24,173 bases of DNA from a virus (Duplodnaviria > Caudoviricetes): IMG/VR virus record IMGVR_UViG_3300017759_000081, positions 1 through 24,173 of that record; one strand, given 5' to 3'. The notes below the pieces were generated by a model. That model did no database searches. It was not told where the DNA came from and saw nothing but the letters and a program-made list of their open reading frames with translations. Both the position numbers and the translations under genes were made by a program. Below, one piece after another: positions 13,619-23,697 of this stretch. Each line of letters starts with the position of its first letter. Positions within the stretch are counted from its first letter, which is position 1.

Positions 13619-15705
13619 AACGTGCTACCTACTGCCGCTTGTGCCGGCCGCGCTTCTGGATATCGTGGCTCGTTCTGTAGCTGCTTGATGCGCTCTACGT
13701 CCACCGCAGTGCCGTACTTGCCGATAATCTCTGCCGCAGATAGCAATAGGTCTTGATCCATCTCATCGCGCTTACGGTCGTCTTCGGCAATAGCCTTCTG
13801 CGCCTCTAACTGTAGCTTTAATTGGTCAGTCTGCATCTTGGCCTGGGCCTTGATCTGCTCCGCCTGCAGGTAAGCCGCGTTTGGATCTGCCTGCTGACCC
13901 TGCTGTGCCTGCTGCTGTTGCTGCATCATTTGCTGCTCGATCATTGGGTCCATCGGTGCAAAGTATCGATCTGAGTTTCGGACTCCATTGATAGCCAAAA
14001 TGTCAGATAAGGTATTTCTAATGTTGGTTAGAGAGACCATGCCATTACCCGGACCATACGTCTGGAATATCTGAATCTGCGTCTGTAACGTTTGGTTGAG
14101 TACAGCTACCTTCTGGTCCTCTCTGCCTGTACCGAGGCCGACATTAATAGACACATCCATCGTGCTGTTCCACGACCGGGGATCAACAGGCACGTAGCTG
14201 TTGCCTTGGAAGCGCATCATCTGCTCCTCGTCTACGTTCTGCGTCATGCACTGCAGCATCAGCTTAAACATCTGACGCATGCCACCTTCTGCAAGGTTGC
14301 GCGCCATGACCTCTATCTGAGCCGCCTGAGCCTGCACAGTGGCATTTACGGCTGTAGCAGTAGTTGACTGTAGGCTGTCAGGAGAAAGCCCTGTAGAAGC
14401 TTTTGTGACGCCTGTCTTGTCTTCTACCTGCTGGTCGAAATACTGCAAAGCGCCGAGAGTCTGACCTGCCACAAACGGAATTGATTGCGGCTGTATTGTG
14501 CCGGCCTGCTTCACACGGATGACACCGCCGATCTCATTGTTCAACAGGTCATCGATGTTTACCGCGCCGTCTACTACCTCAACACGTGGGTTGTTAGTTA
14601 GTGCCACGTTATCCAGAACACCGCGCAGCATAGCTGTAGCAGCGTCTTGATCGTTAATGATTAGGTCTGCAACAGACCGACCGTAGAATGTGTGCGGCTC
14701 AGGATCTACCTCAAAGACAGCAAACGGCAGGTGCGAGCATGGCTCGTAATCTAATAGCTTGTATTTGTTGCCACCCAAGACAACCTTGTGCATTTGAGCA
14801 ACACCAGTGCCCTCGACGTCGATCTTCATGTACGCCTCAGTAATCGCAACTAGGCGCATTGAGGGGTCTTGTACGTCCTCGTCAGAGTAATCTGACTCGT
14901 AACCACGGCGCTCATACTCTTCAACTTCTGAGAAGGTGTCAGAGTGCTGCAAGCCACTCAGATCATATACTTCCTCATAATCATAGCCCATAGCCACCAG
15001 GTCACTAACACGCATCTCGGTACGATGAGCAACACAGTAATAGTCATCGATAGAGCGCGAGTTGCGATCAATAAAAAACTCTTCTGGGGGGACGCTTTCA
15101 ATGCACATCTTGCCGCGTTCCATTGTTCGAGAAATCTTGAGGTCATGGATAGGATTGTCAACCTCCATCCCAGACTCGTCGATTTCGATAGAAGTACGGG
15201 CGGTGTGCTTGATAACCTCGACGTCGGGCTCGTTAACAAGCAGGGTGAACTCCATGTCGTTGAGGTCTTGGAAGTCATAAACCTCTTGTTCTTGATACAT
15301 GTCCCAATAAACTTTAACAATTCCAGACTTCTTAACCAGGGCGTCATGAAAAGCATCGTTAAGCACTCGATATCCGTTTAGCTCATTAAACTGGTAGTGC
15401 ATGTACTTTGTAGCTTGCTCTGCAGCCTGCACGTCTTCTGTTCCACGTGGAACATATTCAACAGGCTTGTCAGTAGATAGAAACACGCGCATTAAAGATG
15501 GCTTAATAGCACGGATAGTATCTCGAACTTTCGTAGCTACCACCTTTGATCGACCGTCTTCCTCACCGATATCGACCTCTCCATCGAAGTATCTTTGCGC
15601 CTTGATTCGGTCCTCAGCAATCTCGGACTCACAGAAATCAACAGCGTCTTGAACAGCCTCGCGTGCGATGCCTTCGATCTCTAGGTCTGTCATTGGTTTT
15701 AACAT
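13615..15705 (-). CDS. Portal protein (P22-like)
   Basis: 696 aa; DALVKKSGIVKVYW, VPPEEFFID, FYGRSVAD motifs; Q-rich C-terminal barrel. Confidence 0.9.
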   Translation of the reverse strand: MLKPMTDLEIEGIAREAVQDAVDFCESEIAEDRIKAQRYFDGEVDIGEEDGRSKVVATKVRDTIRAIKPSLMRVFLSTDKPVEYVPRGTEDVQAAEQATKYMHYQFNELNGYRVLNDAFHDALVKKSGIVKVYWDMYQEQEVYDFQDLNDMEFTLLVNEPDVEVIKHTARTSIEIDESGMEVDNPIHDLKISRTMERGKMCIESVPPEEFFIDRNSRSIDDYYCVAHRTEMRVSDLVAMGYDYEEVYDLSGLQHSDTFSEVEEYERRGYESDYSDEDVQDPSMRLVAITEAYMKIDVEGTGVAQMHKVVLGGNKYKLLDYEPCSHLPFAVFEVDPEPHTFYGRSVADLIINDQDAATAMLRGVLDNVALTNNPRVEVVDGAVNIDDLLNNEIGGVIRVKQAGTIQPQSIPFVAGQTLGALQYFDQQVEDKTGVTKASTGLSPDSLQSTTATAVNATVQAQAAQIEVMARNLAEGGMRQMFKLMLQCMTQNVDEEQMMRFQGNSYVPVDPRSWNSTMDVSINVGLGTGREDQKVAVLNQTLQTQIQIFQTYGPGNGMVSLTNIRNTLSDILAINGVRNSDRYFAPMDPMIEQQMMQQQQQAQQGQQADPNAAYLQAEQIKAQAKMQTDQLKLQLEAQKAIAEDDRKRDEMDQDLLLSAAEIIGKYGTAVDVERIKQLQNEPRYPEARPAQAAVGSTF

Positions 15706-15706
15706 A

Positions 15707-17830
15707 TTAAAGCCCCATGCCTGCGCGTACCTGCTCGCTCATCTCAACACCTGCCGGCACCAGTGATCTCTGCAGAACTTGATTTACATAATTTGCTTTG
15801 GCCTCAGTGATCTGGCCTTTTTGCATGGCCTCAGAAACATAAGATAAGGCAATCTCAGCATCTCGGCCGCGCTTAGTTGTTAAAGCCTGTGCCACCTCTG
15901 TCAGTATGTCATTCCTGCGCGCCACCATAGCCTCGTCGGTCATCCCTGTGAGGGCCTGGATTACCTTCTGTCCTGCCTGTAATGGCTCACCACGGAGAGC
16001 GCTACCGACCATGCCTAGACCGCTAATTTCTTCGATGTCCTTCATGATCTGCTGGCGTATAGCCGTCGCGCTGTTAGGCGCCACGTTGGCCTGTAACTCT
16101 AGCGCTGCACGAATCTCATTTAGCTTGGTGTTAAGCTGGCCGTATCTCTGTGGCGTTAGGATCATCTGTAGCTTCTGCCGGTTGGCGCCGCTCGATAATT
16201 GGCGTAGTAGTTTGCGTGCTTCTTCAATTGAACCTTGGTCGCCGGAAGATATAGATGTTTTGACGTTAGCCATAAGTTCATCAATCTGGTTGCGCACGCC
16301 TAAACGCAGAGCATCTATTTCGGTCTTAGAGGCGCCTCTAACGGCCTCCGTAAGCTCGTCTCGGGTAATCCGGTCATTAAGCAAAACATTGCCAAGCTCG
16401 CCTGCCTGGCGCTCTCGTATGGCATTCCCACCCATAGACACAGCACGGTCGTAAGATGGCACCGCGCGACCCAGAGCGTCACGTAATTTGCCTGCCACTA
16501 TATTTAGGTCTGCACCTTTTCCGGTAGGTCGGCCAAACTTGTCTGTGTACTGGTCAGAATATGCGATCCTCTGCATAGCACGTTTCAAGAAATCAAGCTG
16601 AATAACGTTTGGCATCTCTTGGTAATCAATGCTGCCGTCGTCGTTGATCGTCGCTCTAATCTGTTGGTTTTGGATGCCTTGCAACTGCATTACGTCGTTG
16701 GCTTCTTTAAACGCAGTTCGTAACTCGTCTGCCGGTACTCGCCTTATTAAGTCTTCAATTTCCAAGCCCGCAGCGCTTGTGTAGTTAATAGGTGAAGCGT
16801 ACGCTTCTGCGTACGACAATCGTGTCATTGGCGCATACCGTGCCGCCGCCTGCTCTGCTGCTGTTCTCATTCCAACAGGCTCAGCACCCAAAGCTCGGGT
16901 CATAGCGCCACTGAGTTGCTCAGACTGCTCTGCAGCGCGTTCTGTTACAGCGCCTCGACCGACAGTAGCTGCCTCGCCGCCTGATGCGATTACAGCATCC
17001 AATAGCTTTGCCGTAGCAATGTCTGCGTCAGCAATCATGCCTTGATCGCCAGCACGTCGTATGTTTTGTAGCGCATCTTCGAGTGAGCTACCTTCTCGTG
17101 ACAGCGTTTGGCCTATAACCATCGCTGCCTCTTTTGATATTCCTAACTCACTTGCGACTTTGCGAGCGGCTGCGTCTAGCCCTGCAGTGCTAGTAGTGCC
17201 TTTTGTAAACATCCCTATGAGACCAGCCATTCCGCCGCCAAGCACTGCGCCAGTAATTCCGGTAGGTATAGCTTCTCGGCCTCTTTCAAAGACATCGCCT
17301 TCTGCCGCGCCAAACCCGCTTACAGCAGCCTCAGAGCCACCAAAAAGCGCTCCTCGACCTAAAGCTCCAGTAACTGTTGCAGGCACTGTGCCGGGCGCTA
17401 AAAGGCCGGTCATTGCCGCCGATCCCATGCGGCCTACAGCGCTAAGAATGGGATACTCTTCCTCCGTAGCCCTCTGCAAGCGCTCTACGCGCTCTCTACC
17501 CATCGGGCTAACAGTTCCTACAGCTTCCGGCAAAAACTCGCCAACGTAGGGGATGCCTTGGGTTATTTTAGCTGCAGCAGCAGAAAATGGTTGCGTGCTC
17601 ACCATCTCTTGCCTTATTTCAGACTCGGCTAGTTGTCGCGCTGTCTGACCTTGCTCTGCTTGCGCAACAATATCAGCGATTTTTGCAGGATCAGAGGTGC
17701 TGTAACCTGGAGATACGAAAAACTGCTTACCCTCACGCTCTACTAAACGACCACCGGCTACCTCTACAGAATCGGCCGCTACTGGCGGTTTCTTTTTTCT
17801 TTCCTCGATGATCTCTGACACGCTAGGCAT
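15707..17830 (-). CDS. DNA ejection/transfer protein (gp16-like)
   Basis: 707-aa Ala/Gly-rich helical protein with Gly-rich hydrophobic segments; last gene of the ejection cluster. Confidence 0.65.
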   Translation of the reverse strand: MPSVSEIIEERKKKPPVAADSVEVAGGRLVEREGKQFFVSPGYSTSDPAKIADIVAQAEQGQTARQLAESEIRQEMVSTQPFSAAAAKITQGIPYVGEFLPEAVGTVSPMGRERVERLQRATEEEYPILSAVGRMGSAAMTGLLAPGTVPATVTGALGRGALFGGSEAAVSGFGAAEGDVFERGREAIPTGITGAVLGGGMAGLIGMFTKGTTSTAGLDAAARKVASELGISKEAAMVIGQTLSREGSSLEDALQNIRRAGDQGMIADADIATAKLLDAVIASGGEAATVGRGAVTERAAEQSEQLSGAMTRALGAEPVGMRTAAEQAAARYAPMTRLSYAEAYASPINYTSAAGLEIEDLIRRVPADELRTAFKEANDVMQLQGIQNQQIRATINDDGSIDYQEMPNVIQLDFLKRAMQRIAYSDQYTDKFGRPTGKGADLNIVAGKLRDALGRAVPSYDRAVSMGGNAIRERQAGELGNVLLNDRITRDELTEAVRGASKTEIDALRLGVRNQIDELMANVKTSISSGDQGSIEEARKLLRQLSSGANRQKLQMILTPQRYGQLNTKLNEIRAALELQANVAPNSATAIRQQIMKDIEEISGLGMVGSALRGEPLQAGQKVIQALTGMTDEAMVARRNDILTEVAQALTTKRGRDAEIALSYVSEAMQKGQITEAKANYVNQVLQRSLVPAGVEMSEQVRAGMGL

Positions 17831-19077
17831 TACTGAGCACCTCTCATAGCAGCCGCGCCTCGTGGGTCATGCTCTGCGTACCAGTCCATTAATATTTCGG
17901 AGTCTGACTTGCCAGCTGCCCTGTTAGCAGCAACATACTCTTCCAGCGTTACAGGATCATCGCCTTTGTAGATAACGGAACCAACTGTCTGACGCATAAT
18001 ATTGACGTTACGCATTACATTTACGTCGGTTGCGTCAAAGCTTCTGTTAGTGCTTGCGTATGATCCTATCAGCGCGTCTCGAAGGTTACGCGAGTTCATA
18101 TAGCTGATAATTGCGTCGTTAGCTGACTTTTGCTGACCAAGACCCGGCAAGAACGTCTGCGTAAATCTGGCGTCGAAGTCTGTCTGTGGACCTTTGTTTT
18201 GTCGAAGCTCTGCCGCTACTAACTGACTAGCGATAGCATCTACAGCCTGAAGACGACCAAGCTCTTCTGTGTCTACTTGAACTCCTAGCCTGTCAGCTAA
18301 TCCGAGAAGGCTCTTTTTGGTTTCTGCAAAACCACCTGTCTCAATGCCTGATAATGCACGTCCTAACTGGCCTATTGAATTTAGCTGCGCACGCGCATTA
18401 GCACCGGTGTCTGTAACCTCTTTGAATGCAACAGGAAGCTGCTTCATGGCAGCCTCACCTGCAACATCAGGCGCTGGAATGTTTACTGTAGTTCCTGATT
18501 CTTTCATCTGCAGGAACTGTTGATAACTTAGCTCTGGGTTTTGTGATCGTGCGAACATGTACTCTTGCAGAATAGAAGGCGCAGCCGCAGGCTTACGGAA
18601 CATCGCTTTAAGAGCCTCGTTGCCTACACCAGGAACTTTCTCGATCAGCGAAGCTACTTCTGGCTGGCCTTGCTGTCTAAAGTATTCAGCAGTCATGTTA
18701 GCTTGATCCGCCTGCTGGCGTCGTGCTTGTATATCTCGCCCGCGCTGCATTTGGCTTTGAATAAATGCCTGATTAGGGTTTAACGTCATAGACTGCAGGC
18801 CGGCAGCTAGACGTGAGCGCACCGCTGGATCTTGCAAAGCATCCATAGCGCGACGACCTAACTTAGATAGCCCACTAACAAACGGATTAGGTGGACGGCT
18901 ACCGGGTGCTGGACCCACAGCCTGTAGAGGCTGCATCGCCTGCTCTCTGGCAGCTATGAAACTTTCTTGGCTTGCCTGAGCCTCTGGCGTCATAGAGGCT
19001 GCTAACAGAGCATTCGGAGAGCGCATCTGTTGTAGGCGCTCCATCTCCATCATCATTCTTCGCTCTTCTGGTGTCAT
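17830..19077 (-). CDS. DNA ejection/transfer protein (gp20-like)
   Basis: 415 aa, Q/A-rich; PSILQEYMFA and KGPQTDFD motifs; position in the cluster. Confidence 0.6.
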   Translation of the reverse strand: MTPEERRMMMEMERLQQMRSPNALLAASMTPEAQASQESFIAAREQAMQPLQAVGPAPGSRPPNPFVSGLSKLGRRAMDALQDPAVRSRLAAGLQSMTLNPNQAFIQSQMQRGRDIQARRQQADQANMTAEYFRQQGQPEVASLIEKVPGVGNEALKAMFRKPAAAPSILQEYMFARSQNPELSYQQFLQMKESGTTVNIPAPDVAGEAAMKQLPVAFKEVTDTGANARAQLNSIGQLGRALSGIETGGFAETKKSLLGLADRLGVQVDTEELGRLQAVDAIASQLVAAELRQNKGPQTDFDARFTQTFLPGLGQQKSANDAIISYMNSRNLRDALIGSYASTNRSFDATDVNVMRNVNIMRQTVGSVIYKGDDPVTLEEYVAANRAAGKSDSEILMDWYAEHDPRGAAAMRGAQ

Positions 19078-19367
19078 GCGCCCATCCCCATAGCCTTCAT
19101 AATTTGCATGATCTTTGACATCTTATCCTCTCGGCTCTGGTTAGAGTCGTAACCCATAATGCCTGCGCCGTACTGCATCTGTGGGACAGGAAGTTGCTGT
19201 AATAGACCGCCGCCCATTTGCACTGGCATAACCTGAGTGTTCATTTGCTGACCAGCCAAGCCCTTAGCCGCATTGCCGAGGCGATCCTTATCTGCGAGAT
19301 GCTTTAGTAGCTCATCGAGTAGACCTGGATCTTTTTGCTGATCAGTTGCGACCATCTCAGCCCCCAA
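19074..19367 (-). CDS. Small Met/Gln-rich virion-associated hypothetical protein
   Basis: 97-aa ORF overlapping both ejection genes. Confidence 0.6.
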   Translation of the reverse strand: MGAEMVATDQQKDPGLLDELLKHLADKDRLGNAAKGLAGQQMNTQVMPVQMGGGLLQQLPVPQMQYGAGIMGYDSNQSREDKMSKIMQIMKAMGMGA

Positions 19368-20169
19368 ATGCTAGTGAGAGGAAATCGAACAAGCCCGGGC
19401 TGCGTGACGTTGTCTGTGTCTGCGGCACAGGAGTCGCACCTAACGCAGAAGCTAAGTACCCCAGCGAACGCTCTGGGAAAGATGAGTAGCCCTCAAACTG
19501 ACCGCGCGCCTGATCGAATATCTGCTGGTTAAGCATCTGCTGTAACGCGCCTTGTTGCGCCATATCTTGCTGTAGGTTACGGCCCATGCCAAACGCTTGC
19601 TGTGCTAAACCACCAAGCTGACCTGCCGCTGCAAGTCTTTGGCCAGCGCCGGCAAGTCCTGCGCTTTGATTCGCTAGGTCTGCACGCATTGTGTTAGCAA
19701 TGTCCTGACCAGCCATTTGTTGAGCATTTTGGAATCCACCAAGACGTAAATTAGCGGCTGTGCGTGCTGCTTGCTGCATTGCAGCCTCATTAGCCTGTGA
19801 CTCTAGTATTGCTGACCGTGAGCCACCGAATGCACCTGCACGCTGCGCTTGCGAGGCCAGTTGATTAGCTTGCATTTGACGCGCTTGCTCAATGTCTCCA
19901 AGCGACTGTTGAACTACGGTTTGCTCAAACGGATTAAAATATGGGTTGAGATCGGTTTGTCCGATTTGTCCGGCTTGCACTTGTGCTGGCTGGTAACCCA
20001 TGCCTACTGCAGTGCCAAGCATGGCTCCGGTTTGACCCTGCTGAGCCTGCTGGAATACGTTAGGAGCTACTTGACCGCCTCCTTTGCCGCCTGGCGCTGG
20101 AGCGACACTACCTGTGGTGCCCATCTCTGGGTGTCCAGTAGTGCTCATGGTAGGTGTTAGTGGTGTCAT
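19357..20169 (-). CDS. DNA pilot/ejection protein (P22 gp7-like)
   Basis: GGKGG near the N-terminus, YFNPF, AGAFGGSR, Q/A/G-rich, hydrophobic C-terminal tip. Confidence 0.7.
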   Translation of the reverse strand: MTPLTPTMSTTGHPEMGTTGSVAPAPGGKGGGQVAPNVFQQAQQGQTGAMLGTAVGMGYQPAQVQAGQIGQTDLNPYFNPFEQTVVQQSLGDIEQARQMQANQLASQAQRAGAFGGSRSAILESQANEAAMQQAARTAANLRLGGFQNAQQMAGQDIANTMRADLANQSAGLAGAGQRLAAAGQLGGLAQQAFGMGRNLQQDMAQQGALQQMLNQQIFDQARGQFEGYSSFPERSLGYLASALGATPVPQTQTTSRSPGLFDFLSLAFGG

Positions 20170-20654
20170 TACGAGCGACCTCCTCTAAAAGACGGCATAG
20201 AACCGCCGCCAAGCACTGGATTGCCAAACTGCGAAGGTAAGTAACCACCCATAGGGCCAGTCGGCGCAAGTAGTCCGCCAGCTTGTGGTCCAGTAAATAA
20301 TTGACTGAATGATGCGGCTTGTGCCGGCTGGTTAGCAGCAAGTTCTGATAGTGCCTGCTCAAACATTTGACCAGTTCCGTAACCCTGGATGCCTCCGAAG
20401 TCCTGCGCCTCTGGCATGCCTGCGGTAACGTCCATCTGTGGAGCCAAACCAAAGGCTGCAGCAGCGTCTGCAGTGGACTGCATGGCTTGTGTCTGCATAG
20501 GAGTGAAGGCGGCTACAGAAGGCCCATAATAAGGCATGTAACCGACCTGCGCTAACTGCTCCGCGCGCTGTAAGTTTCGACGAGCCGGTCCTTCAATAAA
20601 CTCCGGGATCTCGGTCTTTGTTGTTTGGCTTCCGCCTTTTCCGCCACCTGACAT
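20169..20654 (-). CDS. Pilot/ejection protein, gp7 N-terminal-like
   Basis: MSGGGKGGSQTTKTEIP start and PYYGPSVAAFTPMQTQA motif. Confidence 0.65.
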   Translation of the reverse strand: MSGGGKGGSQTTKTEIPEFIEGPARRNLQRAEQLAQVGYMPYYGPSVAAFTPMQTQAMQSTADAAAAFGLAPQMDVTAGMPEAQDFGGIQGYGTGQMFEQALSELAANQPAQAASFSQLFTGPQAGGLLAPTGPMGGYLPSQFGNPVLGGGSMPSFRGGRS

Positions 20655-20655
20655 A

Positions 20656-21024
20656 TCAGATATCCTTTCCTAGAACTGTGAAGGTCTCTTCGTAACCTTT
20701 GTTTTTTAAAACTCGTTTCCAACCCTTACGGCCGGCAATGCTCATTCCTGTGCATCCATTCATCTTTGCAAACTCGACAGCGGAATCATCCATGTCGATT
20801 ATTTGTTCCATCTCGCCACCTGCAAGAAAAATGTGTAGCACTTTCTTGCGCGGGTAGTTGACGATCTCCGTTACTGCGCATCCTTTCGGCGCCGGCCAGA
20901 ACTGCATCTCGCCTTTTATAATGGCCTGCACGACGTCGTCTAATGTGTGCGTGCCACCTGATAATTCTAACGCTGCCTCCAGCCAAGGCTTACAACGAAT
21001 TAATTCTTCTACAACATTTGTCAA
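20656..21024 (-). CDS. GNAT-like fold protein (P22 gp14-like position)
   Basis: LHIFLAGG...FAKMNGC...GRKGWKRVLKNKGYEE pattern; TTG start with AGGTG RBS; directly upstream of the gp7-like genes. Confidence 0.65.
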   Translation of the reverse strand: MTNVVEELIRCKPWLEAALELSGGTHTLDDVVQAIIKGEMQFWPAPKGCAVTEIVNYPRKKVLHIFLAGGEMEQIIDMDDSAVEFAKMNGCTGMSIAGRKGWKRVLKNKGYEETFTVLGKDI

Positions 21025-21032
21025 TTATATCA
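21022..21032 (-). promoter_or_regulatory. Extended -10 promoter motif, second copy
   Basis: TGATATAATTG, identical to 596-606. Confidence 0.45.
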
Positions 21033-21689
21033 CCTATGGACGCGTATAATCGTTAAAGTCGTTGCTGGGCATACAGACTCTGTTGCGATACTGCTTGCTG
21101 CGAACGATTTTAGGCTCGCATGACTATGATTATCGGTCGCAGTAAACGCCTCTAAATAGTCATTTGTATTTAAATGGAATAGGGCTGAACGACTCACAAC
21201 TGTAGTTGCGCCGTTTTGATGTAACGCCGCTCTAATAGTTGAGCCATTCGCTACGTTTGTGCCGTTAATCTTAGGCCAAAACACAAAATTTACAGTGCTT
21301 GCAGATGTAGAGTAAATTTGCGCTGTAAAGGTAATTAAAAAGTAGCCAGTGTCTTGAAAAATTATGCGCGAGCCGCTTTGCGTAAAACCTTCGTTGTCTG
21401 ACCCGGCTGTGTAAGTAATCGCATACTCAGTGTCAGATGCGGTGTAAGTAAAATCACTCGACACCGTAAAGTCGCCGTGGCCGTTCGCTAGTACAACCTG
21501 CTTAAATGCACCGCCTACACTTACGACGGGGTAGCTGTTGTCGTTGTCCCAAAGCAATATGCCATCATCGCCGGCGCTGTCACCGCTGAGCTTCCATGCT
21601 AAACGTGAACGTATGCGGTTGAGATGCTCTACAAGCCGCTCGCCCCAGCCCTTCCATTCTGGGCCTAATGGTGGAGGCGCTAGGCTCAT
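21030..21689 (-). CDS. Tail needle or tail-associated protein
   Basis: 219 aa; short N-terminal helix then a beta-rich, C1q/TNF-like-looking domain; occupies the gp26 position after the nozzle gene. Confidence 0.55.
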   Translation of the reverse strand: MSLAPPPLGPEWKGWGERLVEHLNRIRSRLAWKLSGDSAGDDGILLWDNDNSYPVVSVGGAFKQVVLANGHGDFTVSSDFTYTASDTEYAITYTAGSDNEGFTQSGSRIIFQDTGYFLITFTAQIYSTSASTVNFVFWPKINGTNVANGSTIRAALHQNGATTVVSRSALFHLNTNDYLEAFTATDNHSHASLKSFAASSIATESVCPATTLTIIRVHR

Positions 21690-23164
21690 CTATTGCCGCC
21701 AGGAACAACATTTAAGCGTGGTATACCGAAGCGCCAGTTATTAAACTCAGTGCCGTTTACTCTAAGGCGTAGCTGCCGGCCTGAGAAGCGAGCGCTTGTC
21801 GGGTTGCTTGTGGTGAAAGGCCCGTGCGTAGACTCACTGCCGTTTGGATAGAATCGAGTCTTAAAGGTTAGCGTGGCTTGACCCTGCGTCTTCTCGTCAG
21901 GAATGATCTCATTTACCTTAACCACACTAGACCCAAAGACAACAGGCCCAGACTCTGCATGAGGCGCCACACCGTCGTGCGAGTATCCAATCTCGTGATT
22001 AAAGTGCTTGCCGCCATTACAGAACATAATAGGCTGTCTGAAAACGCCAGCATCAAATCCGCTAGTACGTGCGAGCTCTCCGATGTTCCAGTAGTTCTCT
22101 TTGTAGTTGTAAATAACGTAACGGTCGTTTTCGTTTGATCCGCCGCTGGGGTAGAACCACCACGCCTCGCCAAACTGCGAATTATTCATTGCAAACACTT
22201 TAGAGCGCTGTGCTGTGTTCATGTCGTTAAACACGTAATCGAGGACATCGCACTGCATTTCCTGTACTGATGACCCGTTATACATGAAAAAGCCTTTCTG
22301 ACCCATCCAGAACGCGCCCTCTGCATTAGGGATGCACGCATGACGCGATATAGCGCCGCAGGAGGTGCCTACACGCTCAAACTGGAACACAAGCTGCGGT
22401 CCAATATACGTCGCTGTATGAGCGTCTGTGGTCGTCAGGATAAGGGTCTTGCCTCGCAGCCTGTGACCACTAAGAATCTCACCGTTTGTGCTCAGCTCAA
22501 AGTCGCCCGCCTCATTCGTCGCCGAGGGGGTCCAAGCGGTGTTATCTTCTTTATCGCACCACTGGACCTTCCTCGGATTGCCGCCTGCCCCTAAAGCAAA
22601 TAGGAATCTCTCAGCCGTTGTAACAAGACCTAAATTAGAAGTCGGAGCATTGCTAATCTGCGCAGCGACTACACTGGTGTTTAGCTGCCACTCGTAAAGC
22701 TTACCGTCATCTACTGAGCAAGCGACCAGGTACTCGCCCCACGTATCGAGAGACCACGTCGTAGCTTCTTGGTAAACACCACTAGAGATGCGCTGCGTCC
22801 CGTAGTAGTCGGTCCCATAAAAGCCGCCACCGAAGCCAATGTTAAGGGCTGCGTCTTCTGCGCCTGCTGTAAAGCCTGCAGGGGTTATATCTGTTACAAC
22901 TCCCGATGGTGAGATATGAAAAAGCTTGTTGTACGTTCCTACTGCTATTTTTGTATCGAATGAGTTGTCTACCCACCCAAGAGAACCACGCACAGGCTTG
23001 TCTAAGGTTGCACCGCTCTTAACACGCTCCTGCCAGCCGCCTATTGGCCCTAGCGAGCCGCTACGCCATCGGACGAGGTTTACGTCACGCCAACGGCCGG
23101 CGCCCTCTAGGTCAGTTCCGTGGCGGAATACGCCGGGCTGTATATCTACTGCTTCAATAGCCAT
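21686..23164 (-). CDS. Tail nozzle / packaged-DNA stabilization protein (gp10-like beta-propeller)
   Basis: Start moved to MAIEAVDIQPG (TAATG overlap); WSLDTWGEYL, KVQWCDKED, FWMGQKGFFMYNG, WWFYPS motifs. Confidence 0.75.
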   Translation of the reverse strand: MAIEAVDIQPGVFRHGTDLEGAGRWRDVNLVRWRSGSLGPIGGWQERVKSGATLDKPVRGSLGWVDNSFDTKIAVGTYNKLFHISPSGVVTDITPAGFTAGAEDAALNIGFGGGFYGTDYYGTQRISSGVYQEATTWSLDTWGEYLVACSVDDGKLYEWQLNTSVVAAQISNAPTSNLGLVTTAERFLFALGAGGNPRKVQWCDKEDNTAWTPSATNEAGDFELSTNGEILSGHRLRGKTLILTTTDAHTATYIGPQLVFQFERVGTSCGAISRHACIPNAEGAFWMGQKGFFMYNGSSVQEMQCDVLDYVFNDMNTAQRSKVFAMNNSQFGEAWWFYPSGGSNENDRYVIYNYKENYWNIGELARTSGFDAGVFRQPIMFCNGGKHFNHEIGYSHDGVAPHAESGPVVFGSSVVKVNEIIPDEKTQGQATLTFKTRFYPNGSESTHGPFTTSNPTSARFSGRQLRLRVNGTEFNNWRFGIPRLNVVPGGNR

Positions 23165-23697
23165 TACACACCACCGTCTACCGTAATAGTGATTGTTGCT
23201 GTGTCTTGCACTGTGCTGGTAGCAACATCTTGCACCGTCACAGATAGGGTCACAGACTGCTGTATGGTGCTTGTAGTAAGCGTCCATGACTGCGCAGATG
23301 ATATGGTCGTGTACTGGTTAAGTGTGCCAGTCAGTGACGATGTATCGCCTGTAGCTGTAACCCGAACTTTATAATCTGAGCCGATGCTACTTGTTGTAGG
23401 CTCAAACCAATTTGTATCGCTGTAACTTGTCAGGTTGCCTGTCGCTGTGATGGTACCGTTGGTATTCAGCCTAAATGTCGCTGACGATGTAGTGCCAACT
23501 CTACTATCAGACAGTGAACCGTTATTGATTGCGACGGCTGCGGCAGACGTGCCATAGAAGTCAGTAATGGCGATCTCGCCCGAGGCAGGCACTCCGGTTG
23601 CTGCTGAGTAATACTCAGATATAGCAATAGGATTAGAGCCACCAAACTCCGTTTGGATTTCGCTGAGAGATATTGCACCACTACTCTGCAAAGCCAT
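23164..23697 (-). CDS. Tail-fibre tip/adhesin-like protein
   Basis: MALQSSGAISLSEIQTEFGGSNPIAISEYY attachment-type N-terminus followed by a Thr/Ser-rich beta domain. Confidence 0.65.
   Translation of the reverse strand: MALQSSGAISLSEIQTEFGGSNPIAISEYYSAATGVPASGEIAITDFYGTSAAAVAINNGSLSDSRVGTTSSATFRLNTNGTITATGNLTSYSDTNWFEPTTSSIGSDYKVRVTATGDTSSLTGTLNQYTTISSAQSWTLTTSTIQQSVTLSVTVQDVATSTVQDTATITITVDGGV

Noticed and set aside
2104-23287. Long 5' extensions in the track (2742, 3246, 3517, 3704, 7942, 8291, 23287) and nested minus-strand ORFs (2104-2397, 5229-5450, 10300-10503, 11474-11686, 14958-15356, 20108-20452)
   Set aside because: They overlap better-supported genes; internal starts have an RBS or stop-start coupling and give clean tiling.
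269-23374. All plus-strand ORFs in the track (e.g. 684-1058, 5659-6093, 15906-16454, 17061-17549)
   Set aside because: Nearly all lie antisense to motif-bearing minus-strand genes that tile the window, and none shows a recognisable motif; treated as shadow ORFs.
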